From Sphagnum compactum (lineage: Eukaryota): a stretch of DNA of 64,000 nucleotides. Of this stretch, positions 53,450 through 64,000 are shown piece by piece. Numbering within the stretch: the first letter of the stretch is position 1; every line of letters begins with the position of its first letter. The notes under the pieces are model-generated. The model was not told the DNA's origin. It searched no databases and saw nothing but the letters and a program-made list of their open reading frames with translations. The stretch is taken from contig OZ234493.1 of NCBI GenBank assembly GCA_965153455.1, positions 9,724,213 through 9,788,212 of the forward strand. The letters are read 5' to 3'. Both the position numbers and the translations under genes were made by a program.

Positions 53450-54056
53450 TATTCTTTTGTTAATGTTATTGGTGGTTATTAATGGCTATTGATACCTATT
53501 CTATTTGTGGCTATTAATGTTTTTTAGTGGTTGTTCTATTAATAGTTATTGGTGGTTATTCTATTAATGGCCATTAATAGTTATTCTATTGGTGATTATT
53601 CATGGTTATTCTATTGGTGGCTATTGGTGGCTATTATATGAATGGTTACCAGTGGCTATTCTATTAATGGCTACTGGTGGCTATTCTATTAATGGTTACT
53701 GGTGGCTATTCTATTAATGGCTACTGGTGACTATTCTATTAATGGCTACTGTGGCTATTTTATTAATGGTTATTCGTGATTAATGTATTAATGGTTATTG
53801 CTGGTTATTCTATTAATGGCTATTGGTGGTTATTCTATTAATGGCTATTGGTGGTTATTCTATTAATGGCTATTCGTGATTAATCTATTAATGGTTATTG
53901 GTGGTTATTCTATTAATGGCTATTCGTGATTAATGAATTAATGGCTATTGGTGGTTATTCTACTAATGACTATTCGTGATTAATCTATTAATGGCTATTG
54001 GTGGTTATTCTATTAATGGATATTGTGACTATTCTATTAATGGCTGTTGGTGGCTA
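53450..54056. repeat. 25-bp minisatellite (GGTGGTTATTCTATTAATGGCTATT)n, continuing after the Helitron at ~55368-55600
   Basis: Directly visible tandem units, e.g. at 53825 and 53850. Confidence 0.9.
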
Positions 54057-55367
54057 TCCTATATATAAAAACTACAGTGGTGTGTGTCCGTCTGTGTGTC
54101 ACAAGACGTTATGCGTTTTAACATTACGCCGGAACCGGCGGCAGTTAGGGCAGTTGGGAAACATCTTTGAAAAGCAAATTCTTAGAAATTTAAAGCAAAC
54201 GTGGTGTCTGTCTGTCTGTTTGTGGTGGCAAACAGGGCAGGGCAGGGGCAAGGCAGGGCAGGGCAGGGCGGCCAGGGCAGACACCCGCCCACTGGACCTG
54301 CTGGTGGCCCGCAACAACAACCCGTTGATTTGTGACCCCATTTGGAACATTTATTGGTTCATTAGCAATTCTTTTTGGAACATTGGACGTGCCCACATAG
54401 AACACCTCTCTGGAACCAGAAACAAATCTGTTACCCTAGACTTTACTTTTCAGTTTATATACAAAGGATGTGAATTTGGGCAAAGCCATATGGGATAAAA
54501 CCAAGGTGCAATTGGGAACATCTTGGTGAACGTATTTGGGAACTTGGTGGGAACCCCATGGGAACATGACGGGTGGACATTAGGAACAAAGGAAAAAAGA
54601 AATGCCCCTTGCCCCCTCTTTAAAAAGAAAAAAAATGGACATTCATGGGTGCAAGCTGAGCCTTCCTCTTGGTTTCATGAAATTTCTCTTTTCAAAATTG
54701 TTCATCACCATTTTCACCTTGGCAAATATACCCCTTCTTAAGTACTGGGGTACCTATTAACTTCTCACAAGTCCAACATTCTTTTTTGGCAATGAGACAA
54801 CTCGATTGGCCCATAGCAAAAAAAAGGTTGAAACTATGGAGGCTCCCAAAATAGAAGATTTTATGGAAAGATGGAGTGCCTCCCCCTTTGACCCACCTAT
54901 ATAGGTGAGAAGGGGAGGACTTTGGGCAAAACATATGAGATTACAGCAAGGTGCTATTGGGAACACCCTTGGGGAACACGTTGGGAACCTAGGGAGCATA
55001 TTGAGGCACTCCGCCAACATAGAAACCTAAATAAGCTTCCCTCCCCCAAAAAAGAAGCATGATTTGGGAATTTTAATTGAGGTGCCATTGGAAACATATA
55101 AAGGACACAGTGAGAATAGATCAAAAATTAAAAATCCCCCTCCCCACCCCCCCCCCCCGTGCATTAGGCATGGGGTTCAAATAGTCATTAAGGGCTTCAT
55201 TGGCCTTGCCACCCAAAGCCCCATGCTTTGGGGGGGGGATCAACGGGAGTGGAAAATGCGAAGGACGGGGGGGGGGGGGTCGACGGGGTAAAGAACTGGA
55301 GTGGGCAATGGGAAGGACCGGGCGGGGGGGAGCTCGACGGGTGCATTATGCACCGGGTTCACACTAG
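54057..55367 (+). mobile_element. Non-autonomous Helitron nested in the CACTA element
   Basis: 5' TC, 3' CTAG, subterminal hairpin GGTGCA-TTA-TGCACC (55340-55354), inserted between A and T with no TSD. Removing it restores the host 25-bp repeat unit (GGTGGCTA|TTTTATTAATG). Confidence 0.85.
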
Positions 55368-58300
55368 TTTTATTAATGACTATTAGTGATTATTCCATTG
55401 TAAGCCATTGGTGGTTATTTTATTAGTGGTTATTGATGGTTATTTTATTAATGGTTATTAATGGTTTTTGTATTATAAGTTATTGTTGGTTATTATATGT
55501 TATATTATAACTATTGGTGATTATTGTATTATAAATTATTGTTTGATATTCTATGTTATAATATCATAGGCTATTGGTAGTTATTATATTGTAGGGTATT
55601 TAAAATTATTTTTCATAGGTTATTATTTTCTATTCTAAATTATTTTTAGATTAGGTCATTATATTTTGTTTTAGATTATTTTAAAGTTATTATGCTTAGG
55701 ATAAAATAATTTATAATAACATTAAGTATAATGACCTTGAATAATTTAAAGTATAACTTGAAATAACATATATTAATTTTAAATAAATAACCTAAGGTAT
55801 AGCCTAAAATTAGTTGAATAATTTAATTTGAAATAATTAAAAATCTTATAATAAACTAGTTAAGATACTTTAAGGTAAAATAATATATAATAATTTAAGG
55901 TACATTAATTTATAATAGCCTATAATAACATAAAATATAAGTTAGAATAACTAAAGTAACTTAAAATAATATAGGGTATATCATAAAGTAACATAGATAG
56001 AATATTTTGAAAAACATATATAGAAATAAACCTATTTGCTATAATAAATTGTAATAGTGAATTATGTTAACTAGAAATGAAACATGATGTTTACATAGTG
56101 ATATTATAATGAAATAACTTTCACTAGGTGAAATCAGTAAAATGCAATGAAGTTATTTCACTTTTAAGGTCCCATAGTGATTTAAGCTAGTAAATTACAC
56201 CCCACTTTGGTAGTAGTGAATGGACCATTTGATTGGTGGACAATGGACCATTTGACTAATCAATTTTTTTCCCAAGTTTAAGTAATGTATTTTTAATTAT
56301 CAAAAATATTATTTGGCATAAGTAGGTAGGTAGGTATGTAGGTGGTAACCTAGCCTAACCTATGTATCCTAACCTATTCTATTTAACCAACCCTATGTCA
56401 TATGTTAGTCTCCTAGGCATGTACATAAACAAGTATTAGGAATTGAACCCTTGATGCTCACAAAATGAATCAAGTTTTTAAGCAATGGACCACACCTTCA
56501 AAATGTGACAATTTTTGTCATGTTTTATATATGTCACGTCTAAATTTCACATCAAGTGTTATACACTATTTATGTAGGTAAGTAGAAATGTTAGATAATT
56601 AGTAAGTAGCTAGGTTATAAGGTTATACAATGGTTGGTAGGTAAATAGGTTGTAAGAAACAATAGGTAGGTGGGTAGGAAATAGGTAGGTAGGTTGTAGG
56701 AGATAGTGAGTAGAAAGGTAATAGGTAGGTTACAAGAAATAATGAATAAAAGGTGGGTAGGTAGGTAAATATGTAGGTAGTACCTATAGGTGGGTGGGTG
56801 AGTCAATAGGTAGGCTAGCCTATTGGTTAACATAAGATGTCTCATTTAATTAAAAAACCAATGATGCCAATTTTTTAATGTTTAATTTGACTACATGTCC
56901 CATTTGACAAGAAAACATTGGCCATTTTAATTAAGGTGTTCATTTATTTGTCCAATTTTATTAGAAGTATTTATCAAGATGTTCATTTTAATCAAGTTAA
57001 TTGGTCAAAAAATACACAAACCTTGGGCCTTTATTCAAAATGTGCATGTCCATTAGTGAAAAAAAACCAATATTTTAACCCGAATAACTTTTAAAACTAT
57101 GATTTATAGTAATTTTTTTGTTTTGTTTGTAAGTTGAAGTGATTGAAAACTACATGTGATGTTTTGCTTCATTTTAGTATTAGTCATAAAGAAATAGGGT
57201 ATGTGAATATTTAATGTGACTATATTTGCAAGTTTTAAAATTTTCAAATAAGACTTCCTTAGATTTTTAAAATTGTTGATTTATTGTTAATGTTGTACAT
57301 GATAAAATTTCACATTTCTTTTGATACACCATTAGGTTCATTCAATGGTATTCATGGAGCCCTAGCAAATTCAACACATGAATGTGGAAGTAGCAAATGA
57401 ATCATGCATACAATGTGCCCATATGCCAAAATGGCATTCAAATCATCCAAATTTTTAGATTCATATTTTGAAGTTTTTGGATGTTCACCAATCCTGAAAG
57501 GGGAATTATGAACCCGAATATGGCCCATGGTTATTAAAAATTTTGCTTACACAAAACAATTTTACTCAAGGGGGACAAAAATGTCAAGCTGACTATTGAA
57601 ATCAAGTTTAAAAATCACCTTTGATGTGGGATGGATTGAAAAGGAGGCAAAAAAATGGACCCAACCTCAAAAAGTGTCAACAACCTTGGATAACAACACC
57701 TTCGCAAGCACCCCAAACTTAAGAAAATGAGACCATATCAACTAAATATGGGCCTAAAACATCTACGACAATATTGGGGGATTCGAATGCACCATTCTTT
57801 CATTTATGATGATTAACAGCACTACTTCAAGCTTCAAAAAGGCTCTAAACTCAAATGGACCAGAATTCATAGACTCTAGATCCTTAACAATTTGATATAA
57901 ATGAAATGGATCCCTTTCATGCAATGTTATTTCAACATTTCGAACAACAATTTCTAACAAGCTATTAACTATTAAATATTATATTATGGAAGACCCATTG
58001 ATAATTGCAAACAAGACCCATGGATGGGTACATTGAAGGGATAATAATCCAATTGAAATAACAAAATTTGTCATGAGTGGTCTATATTTATTTGTACATG
58101 TGGTAGAATATACTGTTACAATTGCAAAAAAATTCATTGTAGTTGCAAAAAACTACGTTATCATCCATTGATGGATGCAATCAAATTGGATGACATTGTT
58201 CATTTTTCATTTACATTTTCAATGAAAATCATATTAGTTGTAAGTTGTAGTTGCATCTACAACTAGAATTTGGTTCAACCCTTCTTGTAGTTCCATATGC

Positions 58301-59221
58301 AATTACAACAAGTTGTAACTACATGGACACATAGGACTAACACATTGCTAGTCGTAAAATAAGTTGGTTTGGACATTAGTCGCATAGTAGTCGCAAAAAT
58401 ATGGTTAGAATGGACAACATTTCTTCTAGTGAAACCTACACAAAAGAAACCAAAAACACATCAAGGGAACCAAATGTGCATAAAAAAGAATTGGGAATAT
58501 ACCAAGGAAAAATTAAAACACATAAGGGAAAACTAAATGTGTACAAAGAGGAGCTGGGAACACACCAAGGAAGAACCAAAAATTGACAAGGGAGGAATCA
58601 AATATATTAAAAAATAAACGAATACATAATGAAAGAACCAAACACAAGTAAAATACACATTATTTTTGTAATTTCAATGAATATGAAAACTATTAATGAT
58701 GTTCTAAAACTTGAACACAAAGAGAGCCAATTCACAATGAAACCTAACAAAAAAAACCAAACACAAAAAGAGGGCATTGATGGTGGAGTTGGCATCACTC
58801 ATTCAACTATATGATTTTGGCAATTTGAAACAAGTCATTTAAATTTTTTTGAAGGAATCATCATGAACCATGGACGATAACTTCTAGAAGTTCCTCACAC
58901 CATTTATCTGGTTAAATGTGTTTGGAGATTTAAGCCTATCCTACACCTTTCCACCTATGGTGTCTTGTGGAATTAGTGCATTTCCTTATTGTAAACAAGA
59001 ACAAATGATTCATAAGCATCATCTTTCAGGTCTATGAAATTTTTGGGCCATTTTTATAGAACATAATCAATCCCATATTTTTGTTCACAAAAACCCTTAA
59101 TAAATAATCAATTTAACGTTTGAATTTAAATTTTGTAGTTTTAATTTGTGTGATGAGGCAATGGATTGACCCTTAAAGCTTGAGGCAAGCTACTAATGAA
59201 GTTTTAAATTAACATGCAAAT

Positions 59222-59864
59222 GGGCAAACCCATCCTTGGGTGGTACCATTAGGAATGGCACACCTTGATTTTCCTAAACCCATTGAATTTTGGAAAATCA
59301 TGAGAAACACTTAAAACATATTTTTGTAATTTTTTTAATACGTCATTTATTAGGTTCCATAGATTTTGAAATTTCATTAATATCAAGAATATTTTGTATT
59401 TTCATGTTCTTAATCATTGCATTTAGAAAATTTTTTAGAAATGTAACAATAATTCCTTTCCTTGATTGTTTTGGTCAAGAACACAAATTTGAAATAAAAA
59501 AATATTATTATTATATTTTGACAATTTCTTGGGAAATTTTTTTTAAGGTAATTTTGAAATCTGTCTATTTTTAGGTTTTTATTACGCAATTAATTGAATA
59601 GGTGTAATTTAGTTATGAATTTCCAAAGTTAAAGCTATTAATTTTTAAAGGGGTCATTTAATTAGGAATACAAAATTTTAAAAATTTCCATTTTTTAATT
59701 CCAAAATAAAATTCAAGCCATAATAATCTTAAAACATGAAAAAAAAATTTAGAATGTGAAAATTTTTAAAGGAAAGGGCCTAAGAAAATGATTTGGTCAC
59801 TTTTGGTTCCTTAACCATTCCTTGAGGTGGTTCTTAGTGATACCACCCAAAGATGGGTTTGCCC
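59222..59864. mobile_element. MITE with ~30-bp TIRs and 4-bp TSD (Sola1-like)
   Basis: GGGCAAACCCATCCTTGGGTGGTACCATTAGGAA / TTCTTAGTGATACCACCCAAAGATGGGTTTGCCC, flanked by AAAT on both sides. Confidence 0.75.
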
Positions 59865-61499
59865 AAATGATTCTTTCATAAGACTTGTAATCCAACATGA
59901 ATTATTTGTAACCCACATTGAATTTTTATTTTGAACTTAAGATTGATTATTTTTAATTCCTTATAATCCATAGGTGGTGTTAAAGGTTATCTAACGAACT
60001 TTAGGTTTATTTTTGGACTAAAAATATTTCTTTATTGAAAATATTTTTATATAAAAAATCCTTTAATTACTGAAAATATAATGCTAAAGTCAAGATTGTA
60101 TATTTTTTTAACCAATAAATTAGTTACATGACTTAGTTTATATTGTTTATAGATTAAGTTTCTAAAACCAAGATAAATGTTTTTGCTAATTCTAGAGATT
60201 TTAAAGGTTTTTTTTTTTTTAAATTTTTTTTATGGGATTGCTATTTGTGACCTTTATCCCTACCTTTGATCTACCCTAACCTTGGGGTGGATGCTCAAGG
60301 TCAATGTGGAGAAGATTCATTGTATGATAATTTTTTGATGTGGAGTAATTTGTAGAAGGCATATTCTTGAAATCATCTTTTCCATTGTGCAATTTTCCTT
60401 TCAAAGTTATATCTATTTCTTGTTGGATGTTGACTTTTCTTTAAAATTATTTCACATACTTTCATTTGAAAAGACGATAGTTTATTAAAACTTTCATTTG
60501 CAAAAATCTCTATCCTTAAACATTTGTCATTTATAAAGTTGCAAAACGTTTATTTCACTTTTTCTCTTATTTCCTTGATACACAAAACCCTTGGATATTA
60601 TTGGGCGGCCTTAACATGTGGGTAAAAGTCAAAGTCTATTGATGTTTGACAACTGTGTGGAGGATCCACCCCATACACCATGGAAACAATGTGTTCAATA
60701 TGAACAATTGATTTCCTTTTAGGGACCCAAAGGAATAAAAGCTAACAAAAATTGCTTCTTTTAGATTTATAAATATTTTTTAATGTGGAGTTGAAAATTA
60801 GACATTGACAAAAAACACAACAATGTATCTCAATAATGAGGAATGAAATAAGATGGGATTACCTATGTGCACCTTTTTCATAATCTTAGGAAGTGATGAC
60901 ATTGATAATGATTTTTTGACATTAACAATTGAACTTTTGTAAAAACAATGCCCTACAATGTTTTTACAATGTTTTTACTAGATATGTTGGTATTAGAACT
61001 ACAAAAAGACTTTAATTCATTTGCAAATAGTGCATAACTTTTTATGATTTTGGAATGTAATCAATCCAAAAATCTAGCCTATTTATAAAGAAGTTTTGCT
61101 ATTTTCATTTGAAAAGCATGCCCAATTTTTGATTTCCCCTTCGTCACAAATGTAAAAATCTAATATGTTTATAATTTTTTGGACCTTCATTTCATGCCCA
61201 TAATTTGACAAGAAATCCCAATTTTAGGATAAAAAATCATGCAATATAGTTATTTGTGGGGTGTGTTTTTTGGCATTCACCCCCAAGAATGCTTGACTTT
61301 GAACTTGTGTCATCACAAGACCAAAAACTATCGAATATAAGTAATTTTGGGGTGAGTTCTTTTGGCTTTCAGACCCAAATCTTGAACATTACATTTTTTA
61401 ACTTTCATTGTCACAAGACCAAAAATCGTGCAATATTATAATTTCAAAGGTGCAAATTTTTGGCCTTCACCTTCAAAGAATGCCCAATTTTGCACTTGC

Positions 61500-62000
61500 C
61501 ACTAGTAGAAAAAATGGTTTTTTTGACCAAAATTTTTAATTAAAAAACCACATTTAGACAACTATAAAGAAAACCTCTTGTCATTTTCAACAAGTCAATT
61601 TTAACATGTTCATTGTGATTGGGTGGTCATTTTAAGTAAGCATTTTGGCTAGTCATTTTGATTGGTGAAATAACAATTCATTTGACTAGTCAAATTAAAA
61701 TAATTTATTTTCAAAAATAAAATTACAATGGTAGGTTGGTAGCTAAGTGGTAACCTAGCCTAGCTACCCAACCTAGACTGTTTAAGCTAACTATTCAACC
61801 TAACCTACCTAGCCTAGCCTTTTAAACATGAACATAGGTTGCAAGTATTAAAAATTGAATCCCTCATCTCACTACAACAAAACATGTGTCCTAGGTACTA
61901 TAGTAGGTGGTTAGGTAGGTACCTAGTTACTATGATAGCTAGGTACATAAATAATAAGTAGGTAGTAAGTAGGTACCTACGTACTATAGTAGGTAGGTAG
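61500..62000. mobile_element. Left end of another CACTA-type element
   Basis: CACTAGTAGAAAA at 61500, followed by sequence similar to 51944-52120 joined to 56222-56460, including AGGT/ACCT low-complexity tracts. Right end not identified. Confidence 0.5.
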
Positions 62001-62479
62001 GTACCATAGTAAGAGATTTGTTTTTTTGTGTTCATCGTGTTCATTTTGAGGTTGTGGCTTGTGTATCTATGTTTAATATTATTGAACTGGTGCATCATTG
62101 CGTTTATTTTCATTTTTGTATTCCTACAAATTTGTTACCAAAGGTTCCTAGACTTTTTTTTTGGTCACTTTCATCTTCTATACTTCCACTTGTTTGTTGC
62201 CAAAGGTCAAGATTGAAGGTGCATTTTTGTTTACTATGACCCCTCTAAAACCTCCTTCCAATTTCCACTTTTGCCTTTTTTTTTATAGCTTTTTCATATA
62301 TAGTTCTACCATTGTTGATTTAACCCTTGAAACAAACATCTAGGCATCCTCCTAAATGTTCCTCTACTTATTTTTACACATATGTTTGAAGTTAAGCTAA
62401 TAGTGAAGTTGCACCAAATGTTGTTACTACAAAGCTTACTATAGACCTATTGAACATATGTTTGTTAAATCAATGAGGA

Positions 62480-63020
62480 AGAAACCCAAAAGATTAGAGT
62501 GGGAGTTCAAAAATATTTACCAAGATCATTGGGCAACAAGATCTTCTTAGTTTGAGCTTGTTTATGGGGAGGATGGTAAAATGAAAATGGTGAAATGCAA
62601 GAGTTTTTTGTCATTGAAAAGAGGGATAAGTTGTTGCTCCCCAAACTTGACTCTTTGATTGAACATTTTGGTCTTAGGAAGTGCACAAAGGCTTGAGTAG
62701 GAGTTATTAATGTTGGGGATTATTTTTCAAATCCTACTAACTAGGATGTGAAAAATGAATTTTTTTTGCATTCATAGATTGCAATTTAATTTTTGTTCTA
62801 AAGGCAAAGAAGAAGAAAAAATATGCAAAATTTGTTGCAATTTGGCATTTATTGAAACAAGGGTGCCCCATGACAAATTTCAAATCCTTCAAGCTTTTTT
62901 TTCCATTTTTTAAAGTTGCCAAAATGCCCTAATTAAGAAGCACTAGTCTAATTCTACTAGCTCGTCCATGACAAAGGGTATGCATGCGGTTGTTTTGAAG
63001 GTAATATCAATGCAAGTTAG
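62480..63020 (+). mobile_element. N-terminal fragment of a hAT/ZNF862-like transposase
   Basis: Frameshifted GEDGKMKMVKCK...IEKRDKLLLPKLDSLIEH.GLRKC and KFVAIWHLLKQGCPMTNF...FLKV..MP..KH*S..., recognised as a bryophyte-type transposase zinc-finger region. Confidence 0.5.
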
Positions 63021-63792
63021 CGTGGCTTGCTTTTTATATCACGTTATAGTTCCTTGTAGGGTGTGATCTATAATGATGTAATGAACATTTAGTAAAATCA
63101 TCAATACGTCATTTCAAATGGGTTTGGATTGTCAACTTGAAGCTAAACACATACATAATAAATTTATGCCACAAATGTACACCAAACATAAAGATATGGA
63201 GTTTTGAAATAATTACATGTGGATAGTTTAAACATCCTACATTTTCATGTAAAAGAATTTTTGTACATCATTTTCATTCCAAACATGTTGTATAGGGACT
63301 TAGCATATGATACACTAAGAAATTCCATCATATGACTAAAAGTGGCATAAGGATTAAAAATGGCATAAACAATGGGTTTAATTCAACTACAAATGGCATA
63401 AGTGATTAGTTTAATAAAAAATGTCTAGTCATAGAATGACATTTTTGCTAGAAAAGTCTTACCCAAAAATTAATTTTGAACTTTGAATGACCAAGCTTGA
63501 ACCTTTTTTTCCAAAAGTCCTTAGTGGAATCATTTTTTATTAGTTTTTGTTTTAAAAAAGTCTAGCATGATAAATGACGATGTGGACAAAACTGCGACAG
63601 ATGCTAGACGACAACGAATGCGAGATGGCGACAAATGACGATGGATTACGAGGAACAGTGATGGCGAAGGATGGTGACGGATGGCGACGAACTACGACAA
63701 CGATAGTGATGAACGACAATTGCGATGGACAACGACGACAACGGACAGCGGCTACGACGGCTACGAACGGTAATAGTGACAGATGACAACTC

Positions 63793-63932
63793 CAACGGAC
63801 GGCAACTCCAACGGATGGCGACTCTAACGGACGGCGACTACAACGGACGGCGACTACAACGGACGGTGACTGCAACGGACGGCAACTACAATAGACGGCG
63901 ACTACAATGGACGGTGATTGCAATGGACGGTG
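63793..63932. repeat. 16-bp minisatellite (CAACGGACGGCGACTA) x ~9 in a GAC/ACG-rich tract
   Basis: Directly visible tandem units. Confidence 0.85.
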
Positions 63933-64000
63933 ATGGCGACGAACGGTGATGGAAATAGATGACGACTACGACAGACCACGACGACGACAATGACGAATGG

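Larger units (their letters stand above)
52125..56218. mobile_element. Non-autonomous CACTA (En/Spm-type) element
   Basis: Termini CACTACTA...TAGTAGTG, perfect 3-bp TSD AAT (52122-52124 / 56219-56221), subterminal TTCACTAG/TAGTGA repeats at both ends, no transposase seen. Confidence 0.82.

Noticed and set aside
53450-54056. Regular 25-bp repeats as a CRISPR array
   Set aside because: Units are contiguous with no unique spacers, the context is eukaryotic, and no cas genes are present.
51944-58431. Pairing CACTAGTAGA (51944) with TCTTCTAGTG (58431) as one element
   Set aside because: Flanking 3-mers differ (TCT vs AAA), so the right end may belong to another element.
63552-63949. Overlapping ORFs on both strands
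   Set aside because: By-products of the GAC-rich minisatellite.

Overview
Eukaryotic, AT-rich, transposon-dense plant DNA. The repeat families and PPR style suggest a moss, probably Sphagnum (inferred, not proven). Two intact genes are visible: a 6-exon organellar RimP/UPF0090-like gene (1287-5047, +) and an intronless ~652-aa secreted cell-wall protein (26824-28782, +). There is also a frameshifted DYW-type PPR pseudogene (36708-38328, -). The rest is mostly TE debris: hAT transposase relics, a Ty1/copia relic, a gag-like LTR relic, two solo LTRs, several MITEs, and a Helitron nested in a CACTA element. The most interesting object is the cell-wall gene. It reads as signal peptide + PMEI-like pro-domain + catalytically degenerate EG16/GH16 domain + intact EG16/GH16 domain. 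Past its stop codon lie what look like decayed remains of a third GH16 domain and a pectin methylesterase (PME) catalytic domain, suggesting an ancestral PMEI-GH16x3-PME multi-enzyme. All family assignments come from motif recognition by eye; no searches were run.
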